Below, piece after piece: positions 1 to 10,290 of a stretch of DNA of 64,000 nucleotides; the stretch's first letter is position 1, and every line of letters begins with the position of its first letter. This stretch comes from Candidatus Moraniibacteriota bacterium (GTDB taxonomy: Bacteria > Patescibacteriota > Minisyncoccia > Moranbacterales > UBA1568), in NCBI GenBank assembly GCA_037201605.1, contig JBBCGM010000001.1, forward strand, positions 67,310-131,309, written 5' to 3'. The position numbers were made by a program, and so were the translations under genes. Below the pieces are notes generated by a model that made no database searches, had not been told where the DNA came from, and worked only from the letters and a program-made list of their open reading frames with translations.

Positions 1-272
1 TTTTGTTTTGGTATTCCCCTTAAAGAGAACCCGTTGCCCACCGTAGTGAAGCTTGTGATTTCTAACGGGTTTCTCTTTGAGAGGGGCGAGGGGGCTTGAC
101 GTTGCAAGTCCCCTACACCTTTACGCATAGATCGGCTGAAAGTTCAGCGCGATTGGCGTGATTTGGAAGATGATGATGGCAAGGGTGAACATTTGAAGGC
201 TCCTTTTGAGATCATCCAAAAGAGAAACCCGAAGCCAGATGTTCCCGGATCGGAGGCTCTTATCTTTGCCAT

Positions 273-551
273 TTATGCCTCCGGAGGGGACGTTCGACTT
301 GCCTCTGGATGAAGTTGTTGATACGCGAGGCTGCCAAGGTAAAGGTCGTCTTGGCTGTCTTCCGTAAGAGGCAGGTTTCCATTGAGTTTCTCCACGAGGG
401 TTTCAGGGTAAGGGTCGGCTTGGATCTCCTTGGCCTGCGGCGGCAGCTTTAGCTCGAAACCGCAGACACAGGCATAATCGCAGCCGTCCCTCTCGAAGAT
501 GTCCCATGACATTTTCTTCGACATGGGCGCTCGACACATCGGACACTGCAT
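273..551 (-). CDS. small zinc-ribbon protein (CPMC...CDYACVC); overlapping alternative frame 403..660 also carries Cys pairs
   Basis: Cys-pair motifs in 92-aa ORF; frame ambiguity with the 403..660 ORF. Confidence 0.3.
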   Translation of the reverse strand: MQCPMCRAPMSKKMSWDIFERDGCDYACVCGFELKLPPQAKEIQADPYPETLVEKLNGNLPLTEDSQDDLYLGSLAYQQLHPEASRTSPPEA

Positions 552-803
552 GCTCTTTCCTCATCGGTTCGTCGAAGGGGATACGGTAGGCATATCCACC
601 ACATCCGCACTTAGGTTTGATACCCCTACCACCACACTTGACGCAGCGGTAGAAACGCATCCTACCCTCCTGTCACGATGCCGATCCCGAGGATCGTGCT
701 GCCAATCACAAAGATTGACCACATAAGAAAATAGCTCGTTCTCATCGTCATTCTCCTTTTTGAAAGAACCACCTAGCTTTTCAGCTAGCCTCTTGTGCAG
801 AGG

Positions 804-998
804 TCAGCCGACAAGGGCAATGAACACTTTCGTAATCTCTGGAAACTTGATAACGCATAAGACACCGAGAGCGGTACTGAGGACTAGCATTTGTTTTTCG
901 AGCGAAGTAACCCGGCCATTTGTTTTTTTGGTCTGGGCAAGAATACTATCGAGTTTTTCTTGAACGCTCTGGCGGTAAGTCATTTCTTCCGACGGCAT
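804..998 (-). CDS. small membrane protein, holin-like candidate
   Basis: 64 aa; hydrophobic C-terminal segment VLSTALGVLCVIKF; sits downstream of tail genes. Confidence 0.3.
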   Translation of the reverse strand: MPSEEMTYRQSVQEKLDSILAQTKKTNGRVTSLEKQMLVLSTALGVLCVIKFPEITKVFIALVG

Positions 999-1153
999 AT
1001 TACTGAGATTCTTCCTTATCCATTTGTTTAGGCTCCTTTTGGAGTTCTTCGGAAATACGTTTCTTTACATCATTGATGCGAGAACTAAGAATTTCCTGCT
1101 TAATCATTAACTCCCCGTACTCTCTGTAGAAATCATTCATATGTTTGAAAAAA

Positions 1154-1834
1154 TTAAATTAATGCAAAAAAACCACTATTAGGCGTTATACCCCCCCCCG
1201 CAGTTTCAGAGATTGAATCTATATATGATTCGCCGAGAGAGGTGACAGAATTAAAGAAAAAGAAGCCAGTCTTTTTATTCGTATTGTCGTAAGTGGCATC
1301 TGTTGTATCTATCTGCCAGGTAGAGGGTTCTGAGTCTCCGTCTTTCCAAGCTCTTGCTTTGAGAGCTGATCCACTCGCAAAGACCTTCAGGTGATACCAA
1401 GTGTTTGTTAAAATTACTGACCCGTAGTCGAATGTCGCTACAGCAGTTTCCGTTCCACCCGAATAACGAGAGAGTCGAATAGTTGTGTTTGTCCCGGTAT
1501 TTGTTGGACGAATCATTGCCACATAGCACGTTGTCCCACCAGAATTTCCTCGAAAAACAAATCCTGTACGACAGCGGCCGGCGTCATTAACAGTCCCTAA
1601 CCGCATCACGCATTCATATGTCCCATCTCCGCTATCAAGCTCAGAAGCACTATCGTATTTCCAGGAATGCTGGTTGTTTGTGGAATTATTAGAAAGCTTG
1701 AGAGACTTTCCGCTCCCTCCAAAAAAGACCGTATCGTCTATAGTGAAAGTTGGGGAACCACTACCGGCATTGCCGTTTGCATAATTAGCCACAGCGCCGT
1801 TTGACTCACCATCGAAATTTCGTAGATAGGCCAT
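1154..1834 (-). CDS. phage tail-fiber-associated structural protein
   Basis: Gly/Ser/Thr/Asn-rich beta-type composition; directly downstream of the tail fiber gene; G9 tract near its 3' end. Confidence 0.45.
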   Translation of the reverse strand: MAYLRNFDGESNGAVANYANGNAGSGSPTFTIDDTVFFGGSGKSLKLSNNSTNNQHSWKYDSASELDSGDGTYECVMRLGTVNDAGRCRTGFVFRGNSGGTTCYVAMIRPTNTGTNTTIRLSRYSGGTETAVATFDYGSVILTNTWYHLKVFASGSALKARAWKDGDSEPSTWQIDTTDATYDNTNKKTGFFFFNSVTSLGESYIDSISETAGGGITPNSGFFALI

Positions 1835-1835
1835 A

Positions 1836-2528
1836 TCACATCATTCCTAAAAAGTTGGAGTTGACAGTTGGAGGCGGCCCTCCTGCGGCTGGTCTTATAG
1901 CAATGGTTGCTGCTGCCCAAAATCGATTGCTCCCTCCTGCAGTAAAAGCGCCAGGATCTTCCGGTGAGGCAGTCAGTGCTTGGCTGGCACTAGCGACAGA
2001 AACGGCTGAGCCACCACTTGACGCCCCATTGTTTACGAATCCTGTATAGCTTGTCGGTGCTGCTGTAAATGCGGCTGCTGAAATGGCGGCATGTCCAGCC
2101 ACAGAGAGATACAGATTTTCCTCTGCTCCCCACGAAGGAGTGAGTGATGGAGAATTAGCCGCACTAGAATCTCCTGAAGCGGTAGTCATTTCCAGGGCGC
2201 TAGAAGCATGCGCTCCTGTCACCCTCATAACCTGCCAAGCTGCAGTGGTACCGGTTGAGTGTATCCATTGAGGCGTAGTGCCAGCCTCTGTACCAGCTGC
2301 GAATTTTTCAAATACCGTCAATCTTCCGACGCCTCCGCCTCCACCAGTTTGAGCGCCCTTTTCCAGCCATCCAGACGGGACGGTAGACCAAGTACCAGCG
2401 TTACGAACAGATACCCATGCAATCAAACGATCACCTGAATTTACAGCGGCGGGCATGTTGACAGACATGCTAGTGACTGAGCTTGCAAAGTCTGTGTCTA
2501 CTTGAGTGCCAGGTGAAGGGGCGGCCAT
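1836..2528 (-). CDS. phage structural protein (Gly/Ala/Ser/Thr-rich)
   Basis: composition; 1-nt spacing to flanking structural genes. Confidence 0.45.
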   Translation of the reverse strand: MAAPSPGTQVDTDFASSVTSMSVNMPAAVNSGDRLIAWVSVRNAGTWSTVPSGWLEKGAQTGGGGGVGRLTVFEKFAAGTEAGTTPQWIHSTGTTAAWQVMRVTGAHASSALEMTTASGDSSAANSPSLTPSWGAEENLYLSVAGHAAISAAAFTAAPTSYTGFVNNGASSGGSAVSVASASQALTASPEDPGAFTAGGSNRFWAAATIAIRPAAGGPPPTVNSNFLGMM

Positions 2529-2529
2529 A

Positions 2530-5178
2530 TTAAGCTACGGCGACACAGCGCCATTTAGAGGTAACGGTATTCCAGATAAATCCAACATCCAGACGTGCAG
2601 TCGTGACAGTCGTAGTCGGAAGGGCTACGGTTGAAGCCTCAAAAGAGGCTCCCCAAGTAATAGCCCGTGCCGCAGTACCAGTAATAGCAATCCATAACGT
2701 TTGTCCCTCGGTCGGGGTCCCGGAGAGATTGCTCGTGAAGGAAGTAATGTCCGCTGCCTGTGCTGTCAATGAGTAAAAGTCAACGTTATCAGTGTTGATG
2801 GTCGGCGTGGCAGATGAGGTCGTGGTTCCAGTGCGCTTCGTGATGCGCTTATTCGTGAGCGTCTGAGTTCTAGTCGTGGAGACAAGAGGATTCCCCTCTA
2901 TAGTCACAGCGGTCGAGAGATCGCAGGTTGGCGTATTATCAGAAGTGAGAGTGATAAAAGGAACATTGGTTGCTCCATCCACATCTCGAGCTCCGATATA
3001 CATAACTACGCCGGCCGATGCGGAAGGCCGGATATAATTTCCATTGCTGATTCCCAGCGTTCCTACCAGACTCAATATGCCCCCGCTTGTATGAGTCAGG
3101 GTCAGATCACCGTTTCCGAAATTCATGATCCCACCAGAGGCTAGAAAGAGATCAGACCACGCTAGAGTTCCCGAGCCAAGCGCTGCGACATCGTTTGTGG
3201 ACGGCCGAAGCAAAGCATCGAATGAATATCCATTAGACGCACCGGCCCAGGAAAGAAGGTTGGTTGTATGGGTAACAGTCACATCTCCATTGGCCCAGTT
3301 CAGGCCAGCACCGGATGCGAAAAAGGCGTTGCTCCAAGGGAGCGTTGTAGATCCGAGATTTAATCCTGCGCTTGATGCCGGTGAGAGCTCTGAAGCTGTC
3401 AGGAAAAGCTCATCAGTCAATACGGCATTCTCAATGAGCGACCATGCAAGACGAGCATCTTCGGTTCCAGAAGTAACGTCTGTACCGCGCCATGTCATAC
3501 GGGCAAATTCGTCTTGATTGCCAGCACTATCTGAAAGGCGCATCGTAATGTATGCCTGGTCATTGGCTGCCATCGTCGCGCGGTCTCCTTCGAAAATGGC
3601 GACCTGGACCGAAGCAGAGTCACTCGAGTTTCTCGCGATGAGGGCATTGCCTGCCAGTCCGATAGTGAGCAGTCCGGTCATGGTATCTCCTGTATCGGAG
3701 ACCTTGCCATCAATTTGGGTTTGAATGGCAGAAGTCAGTCCCTTGATATAACTTAATTCCGTAAGGGAGGGATAGGTAGATACCGGAAGAGAAACGAGCT
3801 TTTTACTACCATCAGAAGCGACAAGCTCGGATGCCGTCAAGTCAGAAAGTATTTGGCTTTTCGCTGTAGCATTACCGAGAGTGTCGGTTTTCCAAACATA
3901 ATTGAAAGACGTATCGGTATAGCCAAAGAATTCAGCGCCGGCGTCGTCACCACCTTTTATTTTGACTGAGTTCCCGGCTCCGATATCGAAGAGGAAGGTA
4001 TTGTCTGTCCCGGTCTTGAAGGAATTGGCATTGCCGGAATTCGCTTTGAAATTGAGCGAGATATCGTTATTGATATAGGCCGTATCGCTAAACGTCTTTT
4101 GGCCGGTGATCGTTTCATTCCCAGAAATATGCACTACCGCGCTATCATCGGCTTTGTCGTCAAGCTCATCCTGCAGATCAGTCTGATCGGAGAGGTCTCC
4201 AGTAATATCTCCCCAAGCAACTGCACTGCCAGTTCCAGCCACGAACTCCAGTCCGTCTTCTGTCGCTTTTACTTTGACAAACTTTTCTCCGTCTCCAGTA
4301 TAGTCACTAGGAACATCAGTAAGGTCTGTAAAGGCTGAAGCTCCGCCTCCGCCGACTCCGTTTTCCCATTTTCCGGTAGTAGAGTTGTATTTGAGAACCT
4401 GACCGTTTGATGGTGAGGAAATATTTACATCAAGCAGACTAGCAAGGCGTTTGACGGCTTTGTTAAAGAAAAGAGGCCCTTTTTCCTTTATAAATTCTGG
4501 AAGGTTTTTAATGGCCTTGGCGTCTAGACGATCTTCGCCAGTGAGGGTTTCGAGCTTCTCACGGATCTGTGTCGGAGTATCAGGAGATCCATCTTTACCA
4601 TCCTCGTAATCCACGCCTTTAATTGGAGTCTTTCCATCCTCTCCATCAAAATAGTCAATTCCTTTGACTGGGGTGTTGCCGTCTATGCCATCACGATAAT
4701 GCTTTCCCTTAACGGGTGTAGCTTTTTTAAGAAAATCTTCTTGCTCGTCTTTAGTAAAATAATCCTTTCCCTTCACGGGAGTAACCGCATTTTCTCCAGG
4801 GTCACCCTTTAAATCGGTTCCGCCGTCAAATGACCCATCGGGATTCTCGATCTGCAATTTCGTACCCTTCCATTGGTGCTTCGGCTTGTCGCCCCTAAGC
4901 ATCTGGATACGACTGAAAATGTCGTCAATCTTCTCGCTGACTACTTCTTCTTTGATGCCCTTCTCTTCGACTGCTTTTACGATCTCCTTCGTCATTTCTT
5001 TCTGCCCCTCTTCAGTAGCAGGGTTGACAGCCTGGCCTTTTCGGTTCTTAAGAACAGCCCAAAAGAAGCTCTTGGAGACAAGATTGTTTATGTATTTTTT
5101 TATTTCGGGAAAGTTGGACTTTTTAGCCTCTCGGAGAAGCTCGTCCATATGGCCCTCATTGGGCGCCGGATCTGGCAT
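2530..5178 (-). CDS. tail fiber or tailspike-like protein with collagen-like repeats
   Basis: 882 aa; repeats TPVKGKDYF, TPVKGIDYFDGEDGKTPIKGVDYEDGKDG; long Ser/Thr/Asn/Gly beta-rich C-terminal part. Confidence 0.55.
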   Translation of the reverse strand: MPDPAPNEGHMDELLREAKKSNFPEIKKYINNLVSKSFFWAVLKNRKGQAVNPATEEGQKEMTKEIVKAVEEKGIKEEVVSEKIDDIFSRIQMLRGDKPKHQWKGTKLQIENPDGSFDGGTDLKGDPGENAVTPVKGKDYFTKDEQEDFLKKATPVKGKHYRDGIDGNTPVKGIDYFDGEDGKTPIKGVDYEDGKDGSPDTPTQIREKLETLTGEDRLDAKAIKNLPEFIKEKGPLFFNKAVKRLASLLDVNISSPSNGQVLKYNSTTGKWENGVGGGGASAFTDLTDVPSDYTGDGEKFVKVKATEDGLEFVAGTGSAVAWGDITGDLSDQTDLQDELDDKADDSAVVHISGNETITGQKTFSDTAYINNDISLNFKANSGNANSFKTGTDNTFLFDIGAGNSVKIKGGDDAGAEFFGYTDTSFNYVWKTDTLGNATAKSQILSDLTASELVASDGSKKLVSLPVSTYPSLTELSYIKGLTSAIQTQIDGKVSDTGDTMTGLLTIGLAGNALIARNSSDSASVQVAIFEGDRATMAANDQAYITMRLSDSAGNQDEFARMTWRGTDVTSGTEDARLAWSLIENAVLTDELFLTASELSPASSAGLNLGSTTLPWSNAFFASGAGLNWANGDVTVTHTTNLLSWAGASNGYSFDALLRPSTNDVAALGSGTLAWSDLFLASGGIMNFGNGDLTLTHTSGGILSLVGTLGISNGNYIRPSASAGVVMYIGARDVDGATNVPFITLTSDNTPTCDLSTAVTIEGNPLVSTTRTQTLTNKRITKRTGTTTSSATPTINTDNVDFYSLTAQAADITSFTSNLSGTPTEGQTLWIAITGTAARAITWGASFEASTVALPTTTVTTARLDVGFIWNTVTSKWRCVAVA

Positions 5179-5285
5179 AACAAAACGGGGTTACCAAAAA
5201 ACCTTGCTCTGAAGAGCTTGGTCGCATTGATAACCCCGCGAAAAGGTATTCAGTTGTGCGTACAGTTTAGCATACTTTCGGAAAT

Positions 5286-5828
5286 TTGACAAGGCTTTCC
5301 AACGTACGCTATAATGTACTATTAAAATACGTTATTATGTGGCATTCTATTGCTTCATTCTTCGTCAGTATCGCAGCAGCAGTGACTGCTCCTTTTTCTG
5401 GTACTCCTCCCCAGCCAGTTCCTCAGCCAATCATTGAACAGGTCTCTGTGGCCGCTGAGGCCATTCCAGAGCAAGCTTCGGAACCACAAACCGTGGCAAC
5501 TGAAGAAGTTCCGGAGAATGTACCCGAGCCTCCAGAACCGGCTCCTGACCTTTACTGTGTAAAATACGAGGACAAGTATTCAAAAGAAGAGTATAGGAAG
5601 CGTAGCCAGGTTCCGAATGATGTAAAGAAGGAGTGCAAGGAAAAGAATCAGAAACGAAAGGAAAAGGCTGAGGAGGGAAACAAGAACTGTGATAGCGAGA
5701 ATGGTCGTTGCTCAAGCGTGATGAAAGCTCTTCAGGCGGACTGCGACAAGGTCTATGACGATAAAAAAGAGGAATTCAAAGACTGGGAAGAGGGTTATGT
5801 TCAATACCTCGATCGATGCAGTCAATAG
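5286..5828 (+). CDS. secreted Pro-rich, Cys-rich, charged protein; the signal peptide probably starts at the Met at 5337
   Basis: hydrophobic N-terminus IASFFVSIAAAVTA, PQPVPQP run, several Cys; only plus-strand island among the minus-strand phage genes. Confidence 0.4.
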   Translation: MTRLSNVRYNVLLKYVIMWHSIASFFVSIAAAVTAPFSGTPPQPVPQPIIEQVSVAAEAIPEQASEPQTVATEEVPENVPEPPEPAPDLYCVKYEDKYSKEEYRKRSQVPNDVKKECKEKNQKRKEKAEEGNKNCDSENGRCSSVMKALQADCDKVYDDKKEEFKDWEEGYVQYLDRCSQ

Positions 5829-5840
5829 GATAGGCTTTCT

Positions 5841-6173
5841 ATGAAAAAAATCTGGGCCGTTTTAGAGAAGGTGCTTTACTATTTCTTTCTCGTTGCCATG
5901 CCTCTTTTGGGCATCAAGATTTTTTACGAGATAATGAGAGAGGAAAACTATACTCGTACATCAGACGCTTTCATTGTTGGTCTAATGGCAACCGGAATAC
6001 TCGCCTTCTTTTCTTATCAATCAGTCAAAGTACTATTCGAGTGGCTGAATAAATTGGACTTTCAGTTACCGGAAAATCTAAAATGGTTTCTTCGAACTTT
6101 GTTCATCATTTTTTTCTGGGGAACCATTGCCTATTTTGTAATCGACGTTCTTTTGGAGGTAGCTAGTTCTTAA
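5841..6173 (+). CDS. small integral membrane protein, about 3 TM helices
   Basis: three hydrophobic helices in 110 aa. Confidence 0.4.
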   Translation: MKKIWAVLEKVLYYFFLVAMPLLGIKIFYEIMREENYTRTSDAFIVGLMATGILAFFSYQSVKVLFEWLNKLDFQLPENLKWFLRTLFIIFFWGTIAYFVIDVLLEVASS

Positions 6174-8100
6174 CTAGCTCGTCTATTTTCTTGGTGTCAG
6201 ACTTTTTGGCTTTCTCTTGCTTGTAGTTGAAATCGTATTCTCTGAAAATCTTTTCCTTCTCTTGCTTCTTAAGCTTAGTGATCGTCTTAAATTTATCTTC
6301 TTCGGAGAGAGCCTGGTAACGAGAATCATCAATGAGCTTCTCGAGCTTTTCGTTGATCACCTTATTATAATCTTCGTTCGCCTGCTGGAATTTCGCTTCA
6401 CCCTTCTTGTCTCGGAACTGTTGTAATTCTTTTCCGGGACTGTCATTCCAGTTAACATCGTTGCTGTAAGTCGTGGCACCGAAACCGAAAAGGCTGCCTA
6501 TAAAAAGCGGGATAGCCATTTTCGGATCATCTTGATACATGTCGTAGGTATCCTTTACGATAAGCGGGAAGAGGCGATCCAGCGTTGCGTCTTTTGCTGA
6601 AAAAGGCTCTCCAACGGCATTTTCCCCATAGAGCCAGTCACCAACAAATGAGGCTGCGGGAGAGAGTTTGTTTCGAAAGAATTTAACGACTGTATCCCCT
6701 CGAGAAGGCGCTCCGTAGTCTTCGCCAAGTGTCCTCACGATATCACTCGTGGTGCTTTTGGTTTCGTTCGTAATTAACCGAGCAAGCAAAGTAACGTAGC
6801 CAGCATTTCCACCGGTTACGTCGAATCGAGTGTCACCGAATTTTATTTTGCCAAAGTCTGAACTTCTCTGGTCAACCTCTGCTTCTCCGCCAGCCAGTTT
6901 TCCAAGATAGATAAGCGTCATTGATGCGCCCACCATACCAATAAGCCGTTTAATAGCCTCAATACGAGCCGTTTTACTGATTCGCGGATCGGTATAGTTG
7001 AGCGGATTTAAAATCTGAAGGCTCGCCGCTATTTTCCTCGGCGAGAAGAAGACTGCGTTAGCAATTGGGGTTGCCGTATCAACAGCGCTATTAATAAGCT
7101 TGCCTGCGCCGGTAAAATTGTTCACCGTGCTGGCAATATCGCGTGAAGCTTTTGAACCCGGCCTTACGTCTTCTCCGGAGATATCAGCCTTCTGAATGAG
7201 ACTGTCAAAAACATCCGCTCTCAGTTTGGTCAGAAACCCTACATAAGCCCGTTCCGAACCACGCAAGCCGGGAAGCTTTTCTAGAATGTTGGTCATGTAC
7301 GCTTCTTCCCGCTCAGAGAGCTTGTCGCCCAGGCCAGTAATTCTGAGGCCAGACTTTTTCATAGCCTGGTACGAAGGGCGAGAGATAATGTCGGCTTGGA
7401 TTTTTCGATAAGCTTTCTCACTGAAAGCAGCTTCAACCATCGGCTTGAGGTTCTTCCAGAATTCCTTTCTGGTGACCATACCAAAGCCCTGACGAAAAGG
7501 CGCTGAAAGATCGAGAGTTGCCATAAGAGCTCGAGGAAGGTTTGCGATATTCGCTATTTGATCGATAGCTTTCATGCCAGGCTTGAGAGAAGCTACATAG
7601 TCGTATAGATCAAGCACTTTCTCGCCATAGGCGATACGCTCGGTTTCGTCTGTAAAATCACCAGCCACTTCTCGCGCTCTCTCAACAGCTTCAGAGAGAT
7701 CCGCAATTTTCTCAGCTTCATCAACACTCACATCAACGCCAATCTTTGAAGCGGCTAGATCTTCGAGAAATGCTTTCTCTTCAGATGGTCGCAAGAGATC
7801 ACCCTTTTTTTCTTTTCGCATCTTCTCAATTTTGGCAATCAAATCACGACGAACCGGCGGCTTGATACCAGTAACTTCCTTAGCCCACTTAATCATCGCG
7901 TCCCATTGCCGAGCAGCCAGAAGCTTACGCTCGAAAAGAGTGTTGACATTGCGGGCATTCTCTTCTCCAAGAAAGCTCTTGAAGTATTCCCTACGTTCCT
8001 TGCTCGACATTTTAGCGAGCTTCTCAGGATTAATCTCGCCACTTGCAAGACGCTTCTTGAATTCCGCTGCCATGCTGCCGATGAGACAAAATTGCGCCAT
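6163..8100 (-). CDS. large virion protein (internal or ejection-protein candidate)
   Basis: 645 aa; lies between the tape-measure-like protein and the tail fiber, as P22-type ejection proteins do. Confidence 0.4.
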   Translation of the reverse strand: MAQFCLIGSMAAEFKKRLASGEINPEKLAKMSSKERREYFKSFLGEENARNVNTLFERKLLAARQWDAMIKWAKEVTGIKPPVRRDLIAKIEKMRKEKKGDLLRPSEEKAFLEDLAASKIGVDVSVDEAEKIADLSEAVERAREVAGDFTDETERIAYGEKVLDLYDYVASLKPGMKAIDQIANIANLPRALMATLDLSAPFRQGFGMVTRKEFWKNLKPMVEAAFSEKAYRKIQADIISRPSYQAMKKSGLRITGLGDKLSEREEAYMTNILEKLPGLRGSERAYVGFLTKLRADVFDSLIQKADISGEDVRPGSKASRDIASTVNNFTGAGKLINSAVDTATPIANAVFFSPRKIAASLQILNPLNYTDPRISKTARIEAIKRLIGMVGASMTLIYLGKLAGGEAEVDQRSSDFGKIKFGDTRFDVTGGNAGYVTLLARLITNETKSTTSDIVRTLGEDYGAPSRGDTVVKFFRNKLSPAASFVGDWLYGENAVGEPFSAKDATLDRLFPLIVKDTYDMYQDDPKMAIPLFIGSLFGFGATTYSNDVNWNDSPGKELQQFRDKKGEAKFQQANEDYNKVINEKLEKLIDDSRYQALSEEDKFKTITKLKKQEKEKIFREYDFNYKQEKAKKSDTKKIDELVKN

Positions 8101-8101
8101 A

Positions 8102-10288
8102 TTAGCACTTTATTGATTCAACAAAACTTTCCCAATCTTGCTTGTCCGGCACTGGTTGCCGTGTGCGTTTCTTGATTTCTGATACTTCCTTTTTTTTGGC
8201 TTCATCAAGCCTTTTTCCACCCTTTTCTTCGAAGCGTTTCTTGCGTTCTTTGAAGACCTCTTGCATTTTCTTGACGGCAGAATTGGAATCTCGTTCAGCC
8301 AACATGCTGATCCTCTGACCCATCGTGGTGGCCTCGGAAGTGAGATTGGAAGAAGTGGCAAGTCGTCTCAAAAGAGAAATGTTGCGATCCTTAATAGCTT
8401 TGTCTTCCACGGCCACGAATACGCTCTCGGGAAGAATATCATTCGGCGGACGCTCGTCTCCCAGAGCAATACGCTCGGCCCGGTCGTATTCGTCGTTCAT
8501 CAACTTACTCACTCTTTCAGCCTGATCCTTCTTGTTGACTGTCTCGTATTCCGGCAGGTCACTAAAACGATCGATGAGTTTCTTTTCAACAGCTTTGGCT
8601 TCTACGCCGGCCGACAATCCACGCGTTTTCTTTTCTCCGGTGCCCTTGATTGGTTCAACCTTCGCCTCACCGATATCTGGTGACTTCGGCGCTTCCTCAG
8701 TTTTCGGAGGCATTTGCGCTTGCTCTTCTTTCGTCTTGATAGGGGCTTTTTCGGACGCAGGAGCCGTCTCTACTGGCTTTTCAGCTGGTACTGCAGGTGT
8801 TACCTCTTCAGACGCCTTAGCGGCCTGTTTTGGCGCTTCCTCCTTGAAACTGAGGCGAGCGACAGGTTCACTAGCTTCGCTTTCTGCCTTGCGCCGAATA
8901 GACTTTGAAGTGGCAATAGTAGAGTCATAGAGTTCCTGGAACTGTCCCTCGCCAGATTCCAAGGCTTCCTCAGCCTTTTGGATAGCCTTTGAGCGAGTAA
9001 TGGCTTCTCCAAATTCCTGTCGAAACTGCTGTTTCCAATCTGTGGCATAGGAATATCGAGCAGGTAATGACTCTAGGAAAGCATCTGCTTCCATTTTGAC
9101 AATCTTGCTTTTCGCAGAATCAACGTCCTTAGCGACATCGCTATAGTCTCGGCGAAGTTCTACCTTAGGACGGAATTCTCCGTCTTCAGAACGCGCCAGG
9201 AGCTTTTGAACGCCTTCCTCACCTTGTTTTTCGTATACAAATGAAACCTCTTCCTCGGAAAGAGATCCCTCCTCTGCTCGCTTGGAGACTTCGTCAGCGA
9301 GCGGACGGCTCAAACGACTCAGGATGGACGAGAGACCGAATCCTGCGGCCGCACCAATACCTGCACCGATAGCGGTTTCCTTGGCGACGTCCTTTAGTGA
9401 GTCCCCTTCTTCGAGTGATTGTGAAGCTCCAGAAGCACCGCCGAAAAGGGCGCCTTCTGCCGTAGCATCCTTAACCACGCTCCGAGTAGCTGCTTTTCCT
9501 AGTAGCCTACGGCCCGCTGCTTTTCCCGCAACCTCAACAGCTGCACGTGTCCCTAAGGATGAAAATCCTAAGAAGGGGGTAAGATCAATAGCTGTGCCGA
9601 GCGATTGCCCAAGTAGTTGCTCATTCGTCTTATTCTTTAGTTCTCCACCAGCCTGTGAAGAAAGCTCTTCGATGGAACGAATGACCTCGAGCATGGCGCG
9701 GTTTCGACGTTCTTTTGCTGCCGAATCCTTTTCGCTTTTGTTTTTGTCACGCAAAGTTTGAAGAATTTCGGCGTTCGTCTTGATTTTCTCCTGGATAGAT
9801 TGATCAAGCTTGCCCTGCTCCACAACGTCATAAGCAGTCTCGGTAGAGCTTTCTGTGAGAAAGTCGCGAGTCTTTTTACCTGCCGTTTTTGCCATCCTGG
9901 AAACTGCTCCGAAGGTTTCGGCGAGATTCTGTCCGACTGATTTGTTAAGGTTCTCGCTATTCGCTCCATTGATATCGCTCGTGAAAGTGCGAAACTCCTC
10001 AGGTGCGGAGGGTACTGAGGGCGCTGGCGCTCCAATACCAAAACGATTCAGGACTCTGTTTGCGAATCCCGTGAGACCTTTAGTTTGAGTAACTCGATAC
10101 TGTTCCTGATTGTCGGCGGCTTGCGTTGCTATCTCTTCTCGGCGCTTCTTGCGCTCACTCTCTTCTCGCAATCGCTCCCGAATGGCTGACATGGGCGAAT
10201 TACCGCTTTCGTCCTTTCTGTATCGTGATCCTAATGATCCCGAATCGCTACTCTCACTCTTTCTATATCTACTGCCAAAACTTGCCAT
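8102..10288 (-). CDS. large charged coiled-coil virion protein with Gly-rich hydrophobic segment (tape-measure or ejection-like)
   Basis: 728 aa; long charged helical stretches plus GAGIGAAAGFGLSSIL segment. Confidence 0.45.
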   Translation of the reverse strand: MASFGSRYRKSESSDSGSLGSRYRKDESGNSPMSAIRERLREESERKKRREEIATQAADNQEQYRVTQTKGLTGFANRVLNRFGIGAPAPSVPSAPEEFRTFTSDINGANSENLNKSVGQNLAETFGAVSRMAKTAGKKTRDFLTESSTETAYDVVEQGKLDQSIQEKIKTNAEILQTLRDKNKSEKDSAAKERRNRAMLEVIRSIEELSSQAGGELKNKTNEQLLGQSLGTAIDLTPFLGFSSLGTRAAVEVAGKAAGRRLLGKAATRSVVKDATAEGALFGGASGASQSLEEGDSLKDVAKETAIGAGIGAAAGFGLSSILSRLSRPLADEVSKRAEEGSLSEEEVSFVYEKQGEEGVQKLLARSEDGEFRPKVELRRDYSDVAKDVDSAKSKIVKMEADAFLESLPARYSYATDWKQQFRQEFGEAITRSKAIQKAEEALESGEGQFQELYDSTIATSKSIRRKAESEASEPVARLSFKEEAPKQAAKASEEVTPAVPAEKPVETAPASEKAPIKTKEEQAQMPPKTEEAPKSPDIGEAKVEPIKGTGEKKTRGLSAGVEAKAVEKKLIDRFSDLPEYETVNKKDQAERVSKLMNDEYDRAERIALGDERPPNDILPESVFVAVEDKAIKDRNISLLRRLATSSNLTSEATTMGQRISMLAERDSNSAVKKMQEVFKERKKRFEEKGGKRLDEAKKKEVSEIKKRTRQPVPDKQDWESFVESIKC

Positions 10289-10290
10289 AC

